From contig OZ316897.1 of the NCBI GenBank assembly GCA_973895155.1, positions 14,941,375-15,005,374 of the forward strand: DNA of 64,000 bases, in the 5' to 3' direction. Each line of letters starts with the position of its first letter. Position 1 is the stretch's first letter. This DNA is from Marsupella aquatica. Taxonomy: Eukaryota; Plantae; Marchantiophyta. A model generated the notes under the pieces. The model was not told where the DNA came from, made no database searches, and saw nothing but the letters and a program-made list of their open reading frames with translations. A program made the position numbers and the translations under genes. Positions 48,001-59,566 of the stretch are shown here, piece by piece.

Positions 48001-51000
48001 TAGCTCCCCACTTAATTGTGAAGCGTCCTCGCGAACAACTTCATCTTCGTCCATATAGTATTTCTTGAGGCGGTCATAATGGATGCGAACTGGATATACC
48101 TCTCCCGTAATGTTGGCCAATTGTACGGAGCCATTGGGGAACATCATGGTTACTCTAAAGGGTCCTAACCAGCGAGTGTAAAGCTTTCCTGGAAACCTAC
48201 TATACCTACTGTCATAAAGTAGCACAAGATCACCGGTATGAATACTAACTACTTTTAACCTTTTATCATACTGCTGCTTCATGATATTCTGTCTATATTC
48301 TACTCTCTCGGCTGAAATCATTCTCGCTTCCTCTAAAGCTTCTAACCTATATTCTCGCTCCTTTAGGCTCTCCTCCGCTGAGGCTCTTTCCTCAATTGTA
48401 ACTTGAAATGTCGGTATCTCAAGTTGCATGGGTACCAGGGCTTCTTGTCCAAAGGTTAAGAAGAAGGGTGTATGACCGGTAGTGGATTTATAGGCAAGAT
48501 TGTAAGCAAAAACAGCAGCAAACAATTTATCATCCCAATCGAGTTTGTTCTGAGCTACTGTCTTGTTCAATATCTTTCCTATGATTCCGTTTGCTCGTTT
48601 TGTCAACCCGTTTGCCTTTGGATGGTAGGGAGTAGTAGGCCTATGTTTAACTAAATACTACTCATTTAAACGACTAATTATATCATTCAAAAAATGGGTT
48701 CCTCTATCACTAACTAATTCTAGGGGTGCTCCATACCTGGTGAAGATCTGCTCATACATGAATCTAGCCGTATTAATTGCATCATCCTTCGTTGTTGGTC
48801 TGGCCTCTACCCATTTAGTTGCATAATCCGTAGCCAGGATTATGTACTTGTTCCGTCGAGGGTGGGTCAGTGGTTTCAGAGGTCCAATGTAATCAATACC
48901 CCACTTCTCGAATGGTGCCAGAGGTAGAATAGGGTGCAGTGGATGCCTGGTGGACGCCCTTGGTCCTCCCGCTCGTTGACAAGGATCGCATTGTTTGATA
49001 AACTGATAGACATCTTTGTGCAAGGTGGGCCACCAGTAACCGGCATTTAATATCTTCTTAGACGTGGTTACTGGGGCAAAATGTCCTCCGGCCTCCTCTC
49101 CATGCATGGCCCGTAGGACTCGTTTTACCTCTCTCTTTTCCAAACATCTTTGAATTGTGCCGTTGATTCCATGCTTGTGCAGTATGCCTTTAATGCACTG
49201 ATACTGTCTGACCTTCCGCACAAAGACTGCGGCTTGCTCTCGGCTTAATCCTGGCTGTAATCTGGAAGTGCTGAGAAATTGTAAAATCTCAGGGTACCAT
49301 GTACCAGCTATTTCCACAACGAATAGCTTCTCGTCGGGGAATCGATCATCGATGCAATCCGTGGCAGGTTTACCTGTGATCCTTGAAAAGAAGTCGGCAT
49401 TGGCATGTAACTTTCCCGGCTTGATCCTCAGCTCATAGTCAAACTCCTGTAATAGCAAAATCCATCTTGCTACTCTGCCTGTAAGGTCCGGCTTATTGAC
49501 TAGGTACTTCAAACTTTCATGATCAATATGAAAGATTACCTTGTACCCTAGTAAATAATGCCTAAACTTTTTACAAGAATAAATGACTCCTAATGCTTCT
49601 CTTTCCGTGGTAGAGTAGTTCCGTTCGGCATCGGCAAGTTGACGGCTTGCGACGTATATGGGATGGTCCCTTCCTTTCTCATCCAACTGACTTAGTACTG
49701 AGCCAATACAGAAGCCCGAGACATCTACAAAAACATGAAAATCTTTGTTCCAGTCCGGTGCTATCATGACTGGGGCCTCTACTAACATCTGCTTCAATTC
49801 TACCACCGCTGTGACTCGTTCGGGTGTGGGTTCGAAGTCTGCTCCTGCCTTGAGCATATTGGTTAATGGTAAAGCCAGCTTGGCAAAATCCTTGATGAAC
49901 CGGCGATAGTAACCAATGCATCCCAAGAAGGATCTTACATCCTTTATGTTCTTAGGTTGCATGATATCTAGCCATACTGCTAGCTTACCTTTGTCAATCT
50001 CAATGCCCTTCCTTGATACCTTGTGACCTAGTAGCACCCCCTCGGTTACTGCAAAAAAACATTTATCTGGGTGTAACTTGAGACCCACCTCTCTACATCT
50101 CATGAAGGTTTTCCTGAGGTATTTAGCATGTTTCGATGCCTTCCCGAATACTGCAAAGTCATCAATGAAGATTTCCATGAACTTTCTCAAGTAATCATGA
50201 AAAATGTTCACCATTAATCGTTGGAACATAGCTGGTGCGTTGCAGAGTCCAAACGGCATACGATTGAAGACATAGATCCCCCATTCCGTGATGAAGGCCG
50301 TCTTGATTTGGTCTTCCTGCCGAATCCTGATTTGGTTATAACCAGAGTATCCATCCATGAATGAATATAGTTCATGACTGGCTACCATGTCTAGTACCAT
50401 ATCAGTAAACGGTAAAGGAAAATGGTCTTTTAATGTTGCTTCATTCAGCTTCCTGTAATCCTGACAAACCCGGATCTTGGGTTTACCATCGGGTCCAGCT
50501 TTCTTGGGAACTATCACAATTGGAGACACCCAGTCTGAATGCAGGACTGGAGTGATGAATCCAGCTTCCACTAGTTTGTCGATTTCTGTTTTGACCAGCA
50601 GGGAATACTTCGGGTTCATCCTTCGAATTGGTTGTCGAAATGATTTGGCTCCTAACATGAGATCAATTCGATGTTCCCCTAGTGTTGGATCTACTCCCTT
50701 TAGATCTTGGTGACTCCATGCAAACACATCCTGAAATTCAATCAATAAGTCACTGATCTCTTTCTCGAGCTCAGGTGCTAGGTTTCTCCCTAAGTTCAGT
50801 TCTCTTCCCTCTCCTAAGTCGAGCTTCCGATATTGCCGTGCTTGGATCATATTAATCTGCTTCTTCAAATTCGGGTCCAGTTCGGCTTCCAGTCTCTCTA
50901 ATCTCATACCTCCATAAACTGGGATCTCGGCTGGACTAGCCGAGTCGGTCCCTTCCTTGGTGTCCATAGATTGTCCCCTTACCGGTCTATTCGGTTTTGA

Positions 51001-52277
51001 ATTAGTGGTCGGCTCCCCTTCCTGCCTTGGCTCTGGATCGTGTCTATCCATCTCATCCACTTCTTGCTCCTGAGAGTTAGGCCGCTGTGCTCTCTCGGCT
51101 TCTAATAGGGCCTCAATTTGTTCTGCCCTCGTAATCGACTTGTATGCCGATCCCTTGGTATTTAATTCCTTGCCGATGATCGATGGCGTTGTGGACCGCG
51201 TCGGCTCTGCCACAACGCCTGCAGAAAATCCACTGTCCCTGCTACTGCTCCCCACTTAGCCGTTTCATCCAATTGGTCTACATCCTTTACTTCCTCCGGA
51301 ATTGCAGCTAAAAAGGTGGATTCTATTGTAAAGCAGTCCTCGACCTCTTCGTCTTCTTCTTCCAAGTCACCTTCCATTGGTTCTTGCCATAATCCGCTGG
51401 GGGGTACCTCTGGTCCAAAGACACCTTCTTCGGTTAGGTTAGTGAGGCATTCTAACCAACGTACTTCATCGGCTGACTCCAGTCCACTATCGTACCCATC
51501 TACTTCCCTTATGCTTTTCCTACGGTCATCCTTAGTGTCCCAGGATACCGTGATAGAGGGGGTCCCGAAAGTGAACTGCTTTTTACCCCAATCTTCTATT
51601 ACCTCGGCTAGGTACAGCCATGGCCTACCAATCAATAGCCGGAATGACGTAGGATTTACCGGCTTCATTACTACATAGTTAATGCTAAAGAAGATACCTC
51701 CTATCTCTGTCTTGATGCCGGTTAACACTCCCGTCGGAATGACCTGATATCCATTGGCCATGTTCAATACTCTTCCAGTCATCTCCGGTGTTAGACCCCA
51801 CCCTTTTGCTGTTGAATCAATCATAATACATACCCCTGATCCTCCATCGATGGGTACCCGTAGTAATAATTCTCCTTGAATCATTAATGGTAATGCTGGG
51901 GCTCCTTGATCTTCTTCTATCATTAGTACGTCGGATCTGGTTGCTACCTTGGGTAATCTCGGCTTGCCGAGAATAGCCTTCCTTAATTGCTTCCGGAAGT
52001 ACGGGCTATTTTTCAATAGTTGACCTACTGTTGCCGAGACTCTAGATTCTAGTACATCTTTAGCCAGGTCATAGGGAACAATCGGCTTCTCTTCTGGTGG
52101 TGTTTCCGTCTTGGATTCGGCCAGTTTTGCCACGCTAGTCTCCACAGCTGTTGGGTCTTCCGAAGCAAACAATGCTTTTGCTCGTTTTACATCCTTGGCA
52201 ATGGCTTCGGTATTCTCCAGGGTTTCTAATTCTCTTAGTTGTTCCTTAACACTAGCCGTAACAGAGGGGTAGAACAA
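47989..52277 (-). pseudogene. Gypsy pol (protease, RT, RNase H, integrase), broken into three ORFs; stop lies inside the 3' LTR
   Basis: VPIDGGSG..LLIGRPWL; DVFAW, WVSPIVIVPKK, DHFPLP, MPFGLCNAP, FIDDF; FVDVSG, ERNYSTTERE; H..GGHF..C..CQ, WGIDYIGP, SDRGTHF, GKL..RWLGPF. Confidence 0.93.
48001..48015 (-). promoter_or_regulatory. Polypurine tract of the gypsy element
   Basis: TTAAGTGGGGAGCTA directly before the TGTGATGCC start of the 3' LTR. Confidence 0.7.
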
Positions 52278-52466
52278 CTTAGGATGATCTCGATTGAAGT
52301 CGCTATCTTGTGAAGGATTGGTTTCACTGGTGGGCTCATGGCTTACCTGTATTGCCGGAGCCCTCCCTTCTCCTTCTGTTGATGTTGACGAAGAGTCGAT
52401 CCTTTCCTCCGTAACCTTCCCTTTATTTTTGGCCAGCCCATCCCACCTTTCCTTCCTTCTGGTAGA

Positions 52467-54155
52467 TCAAGTAGAGACCCGGTAGCAATCATGATCTAAA
52501 TCCTCCTCTGAGAAGGTTGATAGGGCTTCGGCCTCATCCTCAGATGGTACGAACTCTGCCTCGGCATCCTCTTGCCATCCTAGTTCGATGTGGTTGATTT
52601 GAACTCCTCCGGGGGTAGTACCTGGCGGTAAGATCTTGATCGGCAAAAGCTTATGATTTGCGGCCAGGCCTGCCAACCAAGTAGGACATTGCCCTAGCAT
52701 ATGACCTTCCTGTCGGCATCCCATACATAGCTGAGCTGGTTGTCCATCACCCTGTTTGCGTGCATTCGGGCATTCTCTAGCAAAATGGCCAGGTTGACCA
52801 CAATTATAGCACGCCGCAAATCTTTGCACATTCGGCCTAGGAGGTACTGACGGGTTCTGAATAATCCGAGGATACATCTCTCCTGGATTGTTCCTTAACC
52901 CTGACCACAGAGATGCAGGTCTGTTGGATAGGTCTCGTGCTCCAGTCTCACTGATGCCGAAAACACTATCAGCGGCATCTCCCAAAAAGTACTCTACTTC
53001 TCCCTGACATGGTCTGATCTCGGCCACATGCCGAACATGATTAGTATTAAGCTTAGGACACGCATCTTTATGGTGTCCGGTTTTATAACATAAGGCACAC
53101 CATACAGAGCTATCCTCCTGTACTACCTTCTTCTTTGGTTTTACCTCTGCAATGATAGCCTTAAGTTGCTCGGTAAGGGCTACGATGTTATCTGGTGGCT
53201 TAGCCTCCATCTTGACTTTCGTCTTCCCTCTCCTTCTGCCCTTCCTTTTCCTAGTTTTTTCTTCTTCAGAACTAGAAGATGACTCACTCTTGCTACTCCC
53301 ACTATCCGAGCTTGACTTATCACTTCTAGACTTCTTGGGATGTTTCTTCTTCTTATCTTTTTTCTTATGGGGTGATCCCTCCTCTGATGAGGAACTCTCA
53401 GACTTAAGTTGTTTCTTCCGGCTTGTGATATCTGCATTAATGTATAATTGAATATCCTTAATTGCTTCGGCTAAAGTCTCCGGGTTCTCCTTCCTAATTG
53501 CAAAACTCATCTTCTGTGGCAAAGCATTCACCAACCATTGAAGTTGCATACCTTCAGATGCATTGGTCTTTGTACGTCTTACCAATTTCTGAAAGTGTTG
53601 CAAGAACTTCCTGAAGGATTTGTTCTCCTTGAACCGAAGTTGTCCCAACTTCAGCACTGCTAGTTCTGAAGTTCCAATGGGTCGAAACTCCTTAACAAAG
53701 AGTGTTTTGAAGATATCCCAGATGGCTTGATCTTCCACATCTAATGCTCTGTACCAAGGCCTAGCCTCACCCTTGAACAGGCCGGGAAGAATCTGCATCT
53801 TGATGGCCGATTCTCCATTTGCTGCAGCGGTTCCCTCGAAATCATCCAACCATTCGTCCGGATCCTCATCTCCTCTCCCATGAAATGCCTTGTAATGTAT
53901 GCGCGACCGCTGGCTCAATCTGGTCCCTGGCCTCTCGTCTGGCCGTGCCTCTGGTTCCCCCATGTCGGTTGGAGACTCACTTCTCCTTACCGACTCTTCT
54001 TCTGGTATGTCTTCTTCGACGCCACTTCCAGTTTCGGAGCTACCAGCTCTTTCTGCCCCTCTCAGTCGCTGTGTATCATGCCACCCGGCGAGCTGCTGCA
54101 GTCGAGCTCTCTCCCGTTGAATCACTCTTTCTTCCCTCGGCGTAAGGTCAGTCAT
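52467..54155 (-). CDS. Gypsy gag with three CCHC zinc knuckles (ends at a probable CGA>TGA stop)
   Basis: FHGRGDEDPDEWL retrotrans-gag motif; CALCYKTGHHKDAC, CYNCGQPGHFAREC, CMGCRQEGHMLGQC. Confidence 0.9.
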   Translation of the reverse strand: MTDLTPREERVIQRERARLQQLAGWHDTQRLRGAERAGSSETGSGVEEDIPEEESVRRSESPTDMGEPEARPDERPGTRLSQRSRIHYKAFHGRGDEDPDEWLDDFEGTAAANGESAIKMQILPGLFKGEARPWYRALDVEDQAIWDIFKTLFVKEFRPIGTSELAVLKLGQLRFKENKSFRKFLQHFQKLVRRTKTNASEGMQLQWLVNALPQKMSFAIRKENPETLAEAIKDIQLYINADITSRKKQLKSESSSSEEGSPHKKKDKKKKHPKKSRSDKSSSDSGSSKSESSSSSEEEKTRKRKGRRRGKTKVKMEAKPPDNIVALTEQLKAIIAEVKPKKKVVQEDSSVWCALCYKTGHHKDACPKLNTNHVRHVAEIRPCQGEVEYFLGDAADSVFGISETGARDLSNRPASLWSGLRNNPGEMYPRIIQNPSVPPRPNVQRFAACYNCGQPGHFARECPNARKQGDGQPAQLCMGCRQEGHMLGQCPTWLAGLAANHKLLPIKILPPGTTPGGVQINHIELGWQEDAEAEFVPSEDEAEALSTFSEEDLDHDCYRVST

Positions 54156-54202
54156 TACCTACGCTTCCGTTCTAACTTCATATCTCACGGCTTAAGAAAT
54201 GC

Positions 54203-54220
54203 CCCCTCCATCTAGCGCCA
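54203..54220 (-). promoter_or_regulatory. Primer binding site of the gypsy element
   Basis: TGGCGCTAGATGGAGGGG, 4 nt after the 5' LTR end; cognate tRNA not determined. Confidence 0.75.
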
Positions 54221-54224
54221 AAAA

Positions 54225-57200
54225 TGTGGTGCGTCCCATGGCTCCCTAAACCCAAGAAACCCCCCAGCTCAAGCCGATTCCCGCAGGTTTCGTGCTTGGC
54301 GAGGCCGTTTCCGCGGCTTAGCGGCATGGGACGCTGCTAACCTTCTACTACTACTATTAACATTTTACACACATATACTGGACAGATCCTTCATCGGGTC
54401 ATGAGATACGTAGCCGGCCTAATATAGGCCTTCCCCTGTCTTCCCCTGTCTTCCCCTCCGTCTTGTTAGGTATGTTTGGATTCCGCCGCCGGAATGATCC
54501 CCAATAGGCTTGGTTAAGCCGCTAAGACCTCTCTCAGCTCGACACATCCAACTCTCACTCCCCTGCTTACTTTCCTTCCTTCTGTTGATGTGGGCACTCT
54601 TCACACAAGTTAATGCGACACACAAATAGCAAAATGACTCATTCTGACTGAGTCATACCATGCACTTGCCATACAAACAGTACATCTCATACACAAGTTT
54701 TGCGAACTAAGCCGTGAGGCCAACTCTATTCAGCTCTTAGGCATGAGGAAACATGAATATACACAAGGGTCACTGTATGACTAACCGAGAGCTTCTCGTA
54801 CTACTTGATCCCAGCCCGGCTGGTGCAAACTAAAAACTTGCTAAAGAAGAGGCCCTGAGCTCCCCGCTGCCCAGGTACTTATCCTGGTAGTGGATCCGCC
54901 ATTCTTTGCATCGTAAGCCTAATCTACTTGCCCGAATCTACCTATGTACAGCAAGGCAGGAGCACAAGTGTTGCTCCTACCAGTGGGACCGCAATCCCAC
55001 TAAGCTAAGTGTCAGGGCCGCTCTTGGTTCTGATCCTAATCCTAAACGTGGAGATCCGTGCCCGCCCTGCCCACTCACGCCTCCTCCCTCCACGTCCGCC
55101 CTCCCTAAAAGGAACGGCGCCCTTGCACCGTCACGACACCGGTGGTGGATCCTTAATGGACGCCCCCAACGCTTCCTCCTCAGCCACTGCCGTAGGTTCA
55201 TTCTCTGACAGATTACCTGCCCTTGACTGAGTCAACTCTCCATCGGCCTGACTGGGTCCACCTTCGGCTTCAGCCTCGACACCGGCCTCGGCAATACCCA
55301 CGGCTTCGGCCTCAGCCACTCCCACGGCTTCGGCTTCAGCCACTCCCTCGGCTTCGGCCTCCCCTTCCCCTAGGGTAGTTGGATCCTTAGCCGTGACCCT
55401 GTCTGGGGTCGGTGCTGGGTCTACCTCCTTGATCACCACGGCCTGTGAAGTCGTATTACTCCTTGACCCTGAAGGTTTCCGCTTCTTCTTCGTTGGTGGC
55501 TCGGCAGCTGGTCCCTTCCCCTTCCCACTTACTTCCGGCACTGGTGCAGTTGGTGCGGCTTGTCCTTCGGCAATTACCACCCCTGGTAACTGGTTTGTCC
55601 CAACGGGAGATGGACCTGCTGCAGCTAAGCATTTAAATACTGCGGCTTGTTTCTTCAGCCGCTCTGTTTGGTTGTCGGCCCGCCGCTGTAGGTTCTCCAT
55701 CTTCCTCGTGATTTCCTCCAACTCCTCTTGGGTTTCATCCAGGTCCTTACGTGCCCCCTCCAGCTCGTTTTTGGCCTCCTCCTGCTCCCTGTGGGCTTCC
55801 TCCAATTCCTTCTTCAATTGGTTGAGGAGGTACCCGTTGTAGTCCCGGCTTGGGTCTGGCCTTTCTGCCAGATAGACCTGTGCCTTGCCGATCTCTGCCC
55901 TCGGCAAGTTACAATGCATGGTCACCCGCAAGAAGTCGATCATCTCTCCTATGTGCGGGTTGGTGCAGGTGTTCCGGAAGAAGCCATTCTTCGTTGATGG
56001 CCCGGGGAACGACCGGAACTCCTTGTCAGGCAGGGTCTTCCTGGTATCAACTTTGGTCTTATTGCCTATCGGCAAGCCAAACACTTCGGCAATTACCTTG
56101 GGAGTAAGATATAAATCCTTCCCATATATCCTCGTGCAATTGGTCTCGGGTTCCCATGACCCCACGAATTCTAATAGGTCTGACTCCGGTACCTCCAGCT
56201 TCAGCCATGGTAATCTTACAAAGGCCTCCAAGCCGGATCCGGCCATGAAGCCTTGGTACTTCTTGGTCTGCATGGCCGTAAAGCATGCATCCTCCTCCCG
56301 TGCAAAATGTAGTTGCACCTCCACCGGTAGGGTTGCCGCCCAGCCCTTCCAGGTGTCATCCCTGGTTGGAATGGCCTTGATGGGATCGACCTCCTCCTCT
56401 TCGGCTTCTCCCTGCCTCCTGCTCTGCTGCTCGGCTGGCCTCTTTGGTGCCGCCGACCTCGTTCTTTTTGCCGGGGTGGCTTCATCGTTGACGGCCCCCT
56501 TCCTCTTCATCTCTGCTGCCGTGGAGGTTTCTCCTAGCACCGTTGCCTGGGTCCACCTTTCCGTGCTACCCTTTAATTCCCAGTGTATGTCGTTGCAGTT
56601 CTTGATGGCCTCTCGGATGCCGACGATGCTGTCTTTGCAAAACAGAAGATCGTCGAGTTGATTGGAAGTAGGCGTCCACAGGAACTCGTCCTTGATGAGT
56701 TCGCCTCCTAAGAAAGCCGTCTTCTGCAGCTCCCACAATCGAGCGAGCTCCTGCCGTTCTCGAGCTGCCCTTTCTGACTCCTCGTCCTCGTAAGTCTTGA
56801 TGTACTCAGTTGCCCGTTCGAACAGGCATCCCCAGAAATGTGCCGCTTGATTGACGTTGCTCATACCCTCCTTAGGTCGATCGTCGGTATCTACTCTCTC
56901 CCCGAGTGCTTGCCTAAACAGCTGACAGTAGTTGGCCTCCCGTAGTCGTCTGCCTAGTTCGTGCTCGCAAATGAGCCACCATCTCCTACAAGCGCTCCTT
57001 ACCCCTCTCCTCTGCCGGTCCTTCTTCCCGTTGATCCTTCCTAGCCGCCGACGCTTAACGCGCCCTAACCCTAATCGGGTTTTCACCCTCAGCCTTACCT
57101 CCGGCCTCTGCCCGGGTTCCATGGTTGCCCCTAATTGTTTATATTTTCCTTGTTTTGTCCCTATACTAAGGTGTTCCTAGGGTGCCTTCCTGCTTTACCC

Positions 57201-57237
57201 ACTTAACCGGCCGAGTGATTCCTGTCTAGGCATCACA
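54225..57237 (-). repeat. 5' LTR (3013 bp)
   Basis: Direct repeat of 44965-48000, followed on the minus strand by the PBS. Confidence 0.95.
55131..57122 (-). CDS. 663-aa ORF located entirely inside the 5' LTR
   Basis: Uninterrupted ATG ORF. The segment LLEFVGSW...RIYGK..YLTPKVIAEVFGLP resembles plant retroelement extra-ORF/plant-mobile-type domains. Also a long coiled coil, KKKRK and EAEAVG(V/I)A repeats. Confidence 0.8.
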   Translation of the reverse strand: MEPGQRPEVRLRVKTRLGLGRVKRRRLGRINGKKDRQRRGVRSACRRWWLICEHELGRRLREANYCQLFRQALGERVDTDDRPKEGMSNVNQAAHFWGCLFERATEYIKTYEDEESERAARERQELARLWELQKTAFLGGELIKDEFLWTPTSNQLDDLLFCKDSIVGIREAIKNCNDIHWELKGSTERWTQATVLGETSTAAEMKRKGAVNDEATPAKRTRSAAPKRPAEQQSRRQGEAEEEEVDPIKAIPTRDDTWKGWAATLPVEVQLHFAREEDACFTAMQTKKYQGFMAGSGLEAFVRLPWLKLEVPESDLLEFVGSWEPETNCTRIYGKDLYLTPKVIAEVFGLPIGNKTKVDTRKTLPDKEFRSFPGPSTKNGFFRNTCTNPHIGEMIDFLRVTMHCNLPRAEIGKAQVYLAERPDPSRDYNGYLLNQLKKELEEAHREQEEAKNELEGARKDLDETQEELEEITRKMENLQRRADNQTERLKKQAAVFKCLAAAGPSPVGTNQLPGVVIAEGQAAPTAPVPEVSGKGKGPAAEPPTKKKRKPSGSRSNTTSQAVVIKEVDPAPTPDRVTAKDPTTLGEGEAEAEGVAEAEAVGVAEAEAVGIAEAGVEAEAEGGPSQADGELTQSRAGNLSENEPTAVAEEEALGASIKDPPPVS

Positions 57238-57457
57238 ATTTCACAGATGCAGCCAAACGAGTGAAATCCACCCCCAATCCAGTCCACAAGTTGGGTCAAG
57301 GCGGGCTCCCCGGCCTCAAGTCACACTTTGTGAGTGCCTCTTGCTCCTCCCTAACCTCTCTATTCCTTTCAGAGTTGTGCAATGCAAGTGAATGACATCC
57401 CCGAAGGTTCTTGTTGTTGTGCATGCTTGCTTGGTTACTAGTTTAGGGCAACTCTGA

Positions 57458-57715
57458 CACTTAGAATTTCTGGCAAATTTTTAAAAACTCTCGGGAACAC
57501 AGTTTGCGAAGGTGTTGCGATGCGTATTTGTTCGCAAACCCCTCGCAAAGTCTATCATAGACTTTTTCCATTTCAATTTTCCGATGCCTTTGCGAACAAA
57601 TGCGCATCGCAAACTCCATCGCAACGCCTTCGCAAAAAAAGGTGGTTCGCAAGTTGCTATGCTTATAGGTTCGCAAATTTGAATTTTAAATTTTTTTTGG
57701 GTCATGTTTAGTAGT
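57458..57715. mobile_element. Possible degenerate non-autonomous CACTA-type MITE in an intron
   Basis: CACT... / ...TTTAGTAGT ends, TGA on both flanks, interior packed with TTCGCA/TGCGAA words; TIRs imperfect. Confidence 0.4.
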
Positions 57716-59137
57716 TGAGGATTTAGGCGTCACTTGTGGCTATAGGGTATGCTTAAGGGCAAATTTAACCAATTTTAATTGGTTTTATGCATGGCAGTAT
57801 CGGAGGTACAAAAGGAAGATATCAAAAAAGCATATTGAGGTGGCGATAGAGCATGGACGAAAGTACCTCTTTGCGATGGTAGATGCCGAGTTGGCTACTG
57901 TAAGTGTCTAAGTGTGAACCATATGATTAGCATGCAAACATTGTGAGTGACCCTTTATGTCTTGCGGAAACTAATGATATGTAATGGATGCAGGATTCAG
58001 ATGAGCCTGAGGGGTCGGGTGCTGATGTGACCAATAGTGATGACGATGAGGGGGCTACTCCTGGTACTAGTGGTGCTCGGGGGGGAGTAGTCATGAGGTA
58101 GGTTCTTCCCACCGTGGTAGTGGTGGTAGTCGTGTGTCATCAGCACACGTTGATGACCAGGGGGAGGAGGAGGACCCTGAGGATGAGGAGGAGGAGCAGG
58201 AGGGGCAGGAGGAGCCAGAGGAGCAGCAGGAGCAGGAGCAGGAGCGCCGACGGCCATCACGCACTCGTCACCAACAGGATCCCCGGAAGGATAAGGGCAA
58301 GAAGCCAGCCAAGAAGCCAACCAAGAGGAGCCGCAAGAGCCCATTCTAGTTATTTTGTAGAGATACATGCATGAGAGTGACTTGTCATGCCGGAGCTAAG
58401 GGTAGGAAGAGGCAGCATAGGTTTAGAAGGGCGGACCTAGCATCAGATATTTCCCCCCTCTTGTCCATGTATAGGGTTCTTTGAAGCCCTATCATTTTGT
58501 TCATGATTTTCCATTTTATAAAACAACAATTTTGCCTTCCACATTGGGTTCCAAGGAAAACCCCTCGCAAATAATGTATTGAATCATGTGTGATCATAAT
58601 TTTGCAAACCCTTTAAGAACTCATTCCCATCGCACAATATTAACCCCAAGGCGTCGCACTTTTTGAGTCAATTAACTTCAGAACTTCAGATCCAAATATG
58701 TCGGGTTTTTGTGATACTTCTAGGATCGCACTTTCCTAATCGCAACTGTTCACAAACTTCTGAAATCACCGGTATCGCTCTTTGTCATACAATCCCCATC
58801 AAAACAATTGAACCAGTATCAATCGCAAATATGATGCGATGGTAAATCCATCTCAAATATTGATGCCCGCGCGGGACGTGTGCGTGTATGTTTGCGAACC
58901 TTATGCGACGTATAATGGATCGCAGAAGTATTGAATATTGCGAACCTCTCAGCTTCTCAGTTTGCCATGATGTTGCGATGCCGTTGCGATGGTCCGCGTG
59001 CGAAGTTATTAGGTTCGCAAAGTGCGAAGGGGGTGCGATGCGCGTATGTTCGCAATAGCCAGAATTATGAAAATCAGGGGCTTGTTAGTTGCGATGAGAT
59101 TGTCTTCGCAAAACCGGCCGATAGTGTTGTAGTGGGA

Positions 59138-59390
59138 AACACTAGTCAGAAGGTATAGTGAGCAGCGTGTCATAGATGGGGACCCCATACGGACTGGGAA
59201 TATTGCTGGTTTCATAAACAATACCGTGGGGACTCGCCCTAAGCATAGGCAAAATTGTGACTGGGTTTTCATTGAGGGTCCTCTGCCAGCACCTTATGGC
59301 CAGACATATCGTCATGACCATTGCCTAGTTGTAGCAACGAGGACCATTAACTCAGGGGATGAGTTATTTACTCACTATGAGTGGGATTAG
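59138..59390 (+). pseudogene. SET-domain gene of outer CACTA-B, 3' part
   Basis: RVIDGDPIRTGNIAGFINNTVG...NCDWVF...HCLVVATRTINSGDELFTHYEWD* resumes right after the GGA TSD. Confidence 0.88.
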
Positions 59391-59566
59391 GGTAAAGTTA
59401 AGGGTCATAGGTGGTATGTTGCATATCAAATGACACTACATATGGCCTTTGGCCACGTTTTGTATTTGCATCACAACCAATATTATTTCATTTTTGCACA
59501 CCCCTAGCCCATTTTTGTGTGTGTTCTCTTTGCAATATAACTTTCAATTGTTTGCTTTGTTTTTGG

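Larger units (their letters stand above)
44965..57237 (-). mobile_element. Full-length Ty3/gypsy LTR retrotransposon, non-chromovirus (Phygy/Selgy/Athila-like), 12.3 kb, young
   Basis: TG...CA LTRs 44965-48000 and 54225-57237; TSD GTTTC/ATTTC; PBS and PPT present; gag-PR-RT-RH-INT order; no chromodomain or extra RNase H seen. Confidence 0.95.
43723..58349 (+). pseudogene. TnpA-like/accessory gene of inner CACTA-B, disrupted by a MITE (44205-44499) and the gypsy element (44965-57237)
   Basis: Removing both insertions restores AYAGAKSTI-KQIITSNFSRG and KPPKRF-TDAAKRV...HKLGQGGLPGLKSHF. Downstream exons ~57798-57900 and ~57995-58349 (acidic, basic tail) are approximate. Confidence 0.75.
36687..59134 (-). 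mobile_element. CACTA family B, inner complete copy (22.4 kb including nested gypsy and MITEs)
   Basis: TIRs CACTACTACATATTGGCCCCTTTTGCGAAG / rev-comp CACTACAACACTATCGGCCGGTTTTGCGAAG. Perfect 3-bp TSD GGA (36684-36686, 59135-59137). TTCGCA/TGCGAA subterminal repeats. Confidence 0.95.

Noticed and set aside
57997-58374. Pro-rich minus-strand ORF and Arg-rich plus-strand ORF
   Set aside because: Alternative frames of a low-complexity acidic (GAG-rich) terminal exon of the CACTA-B accessory gene.
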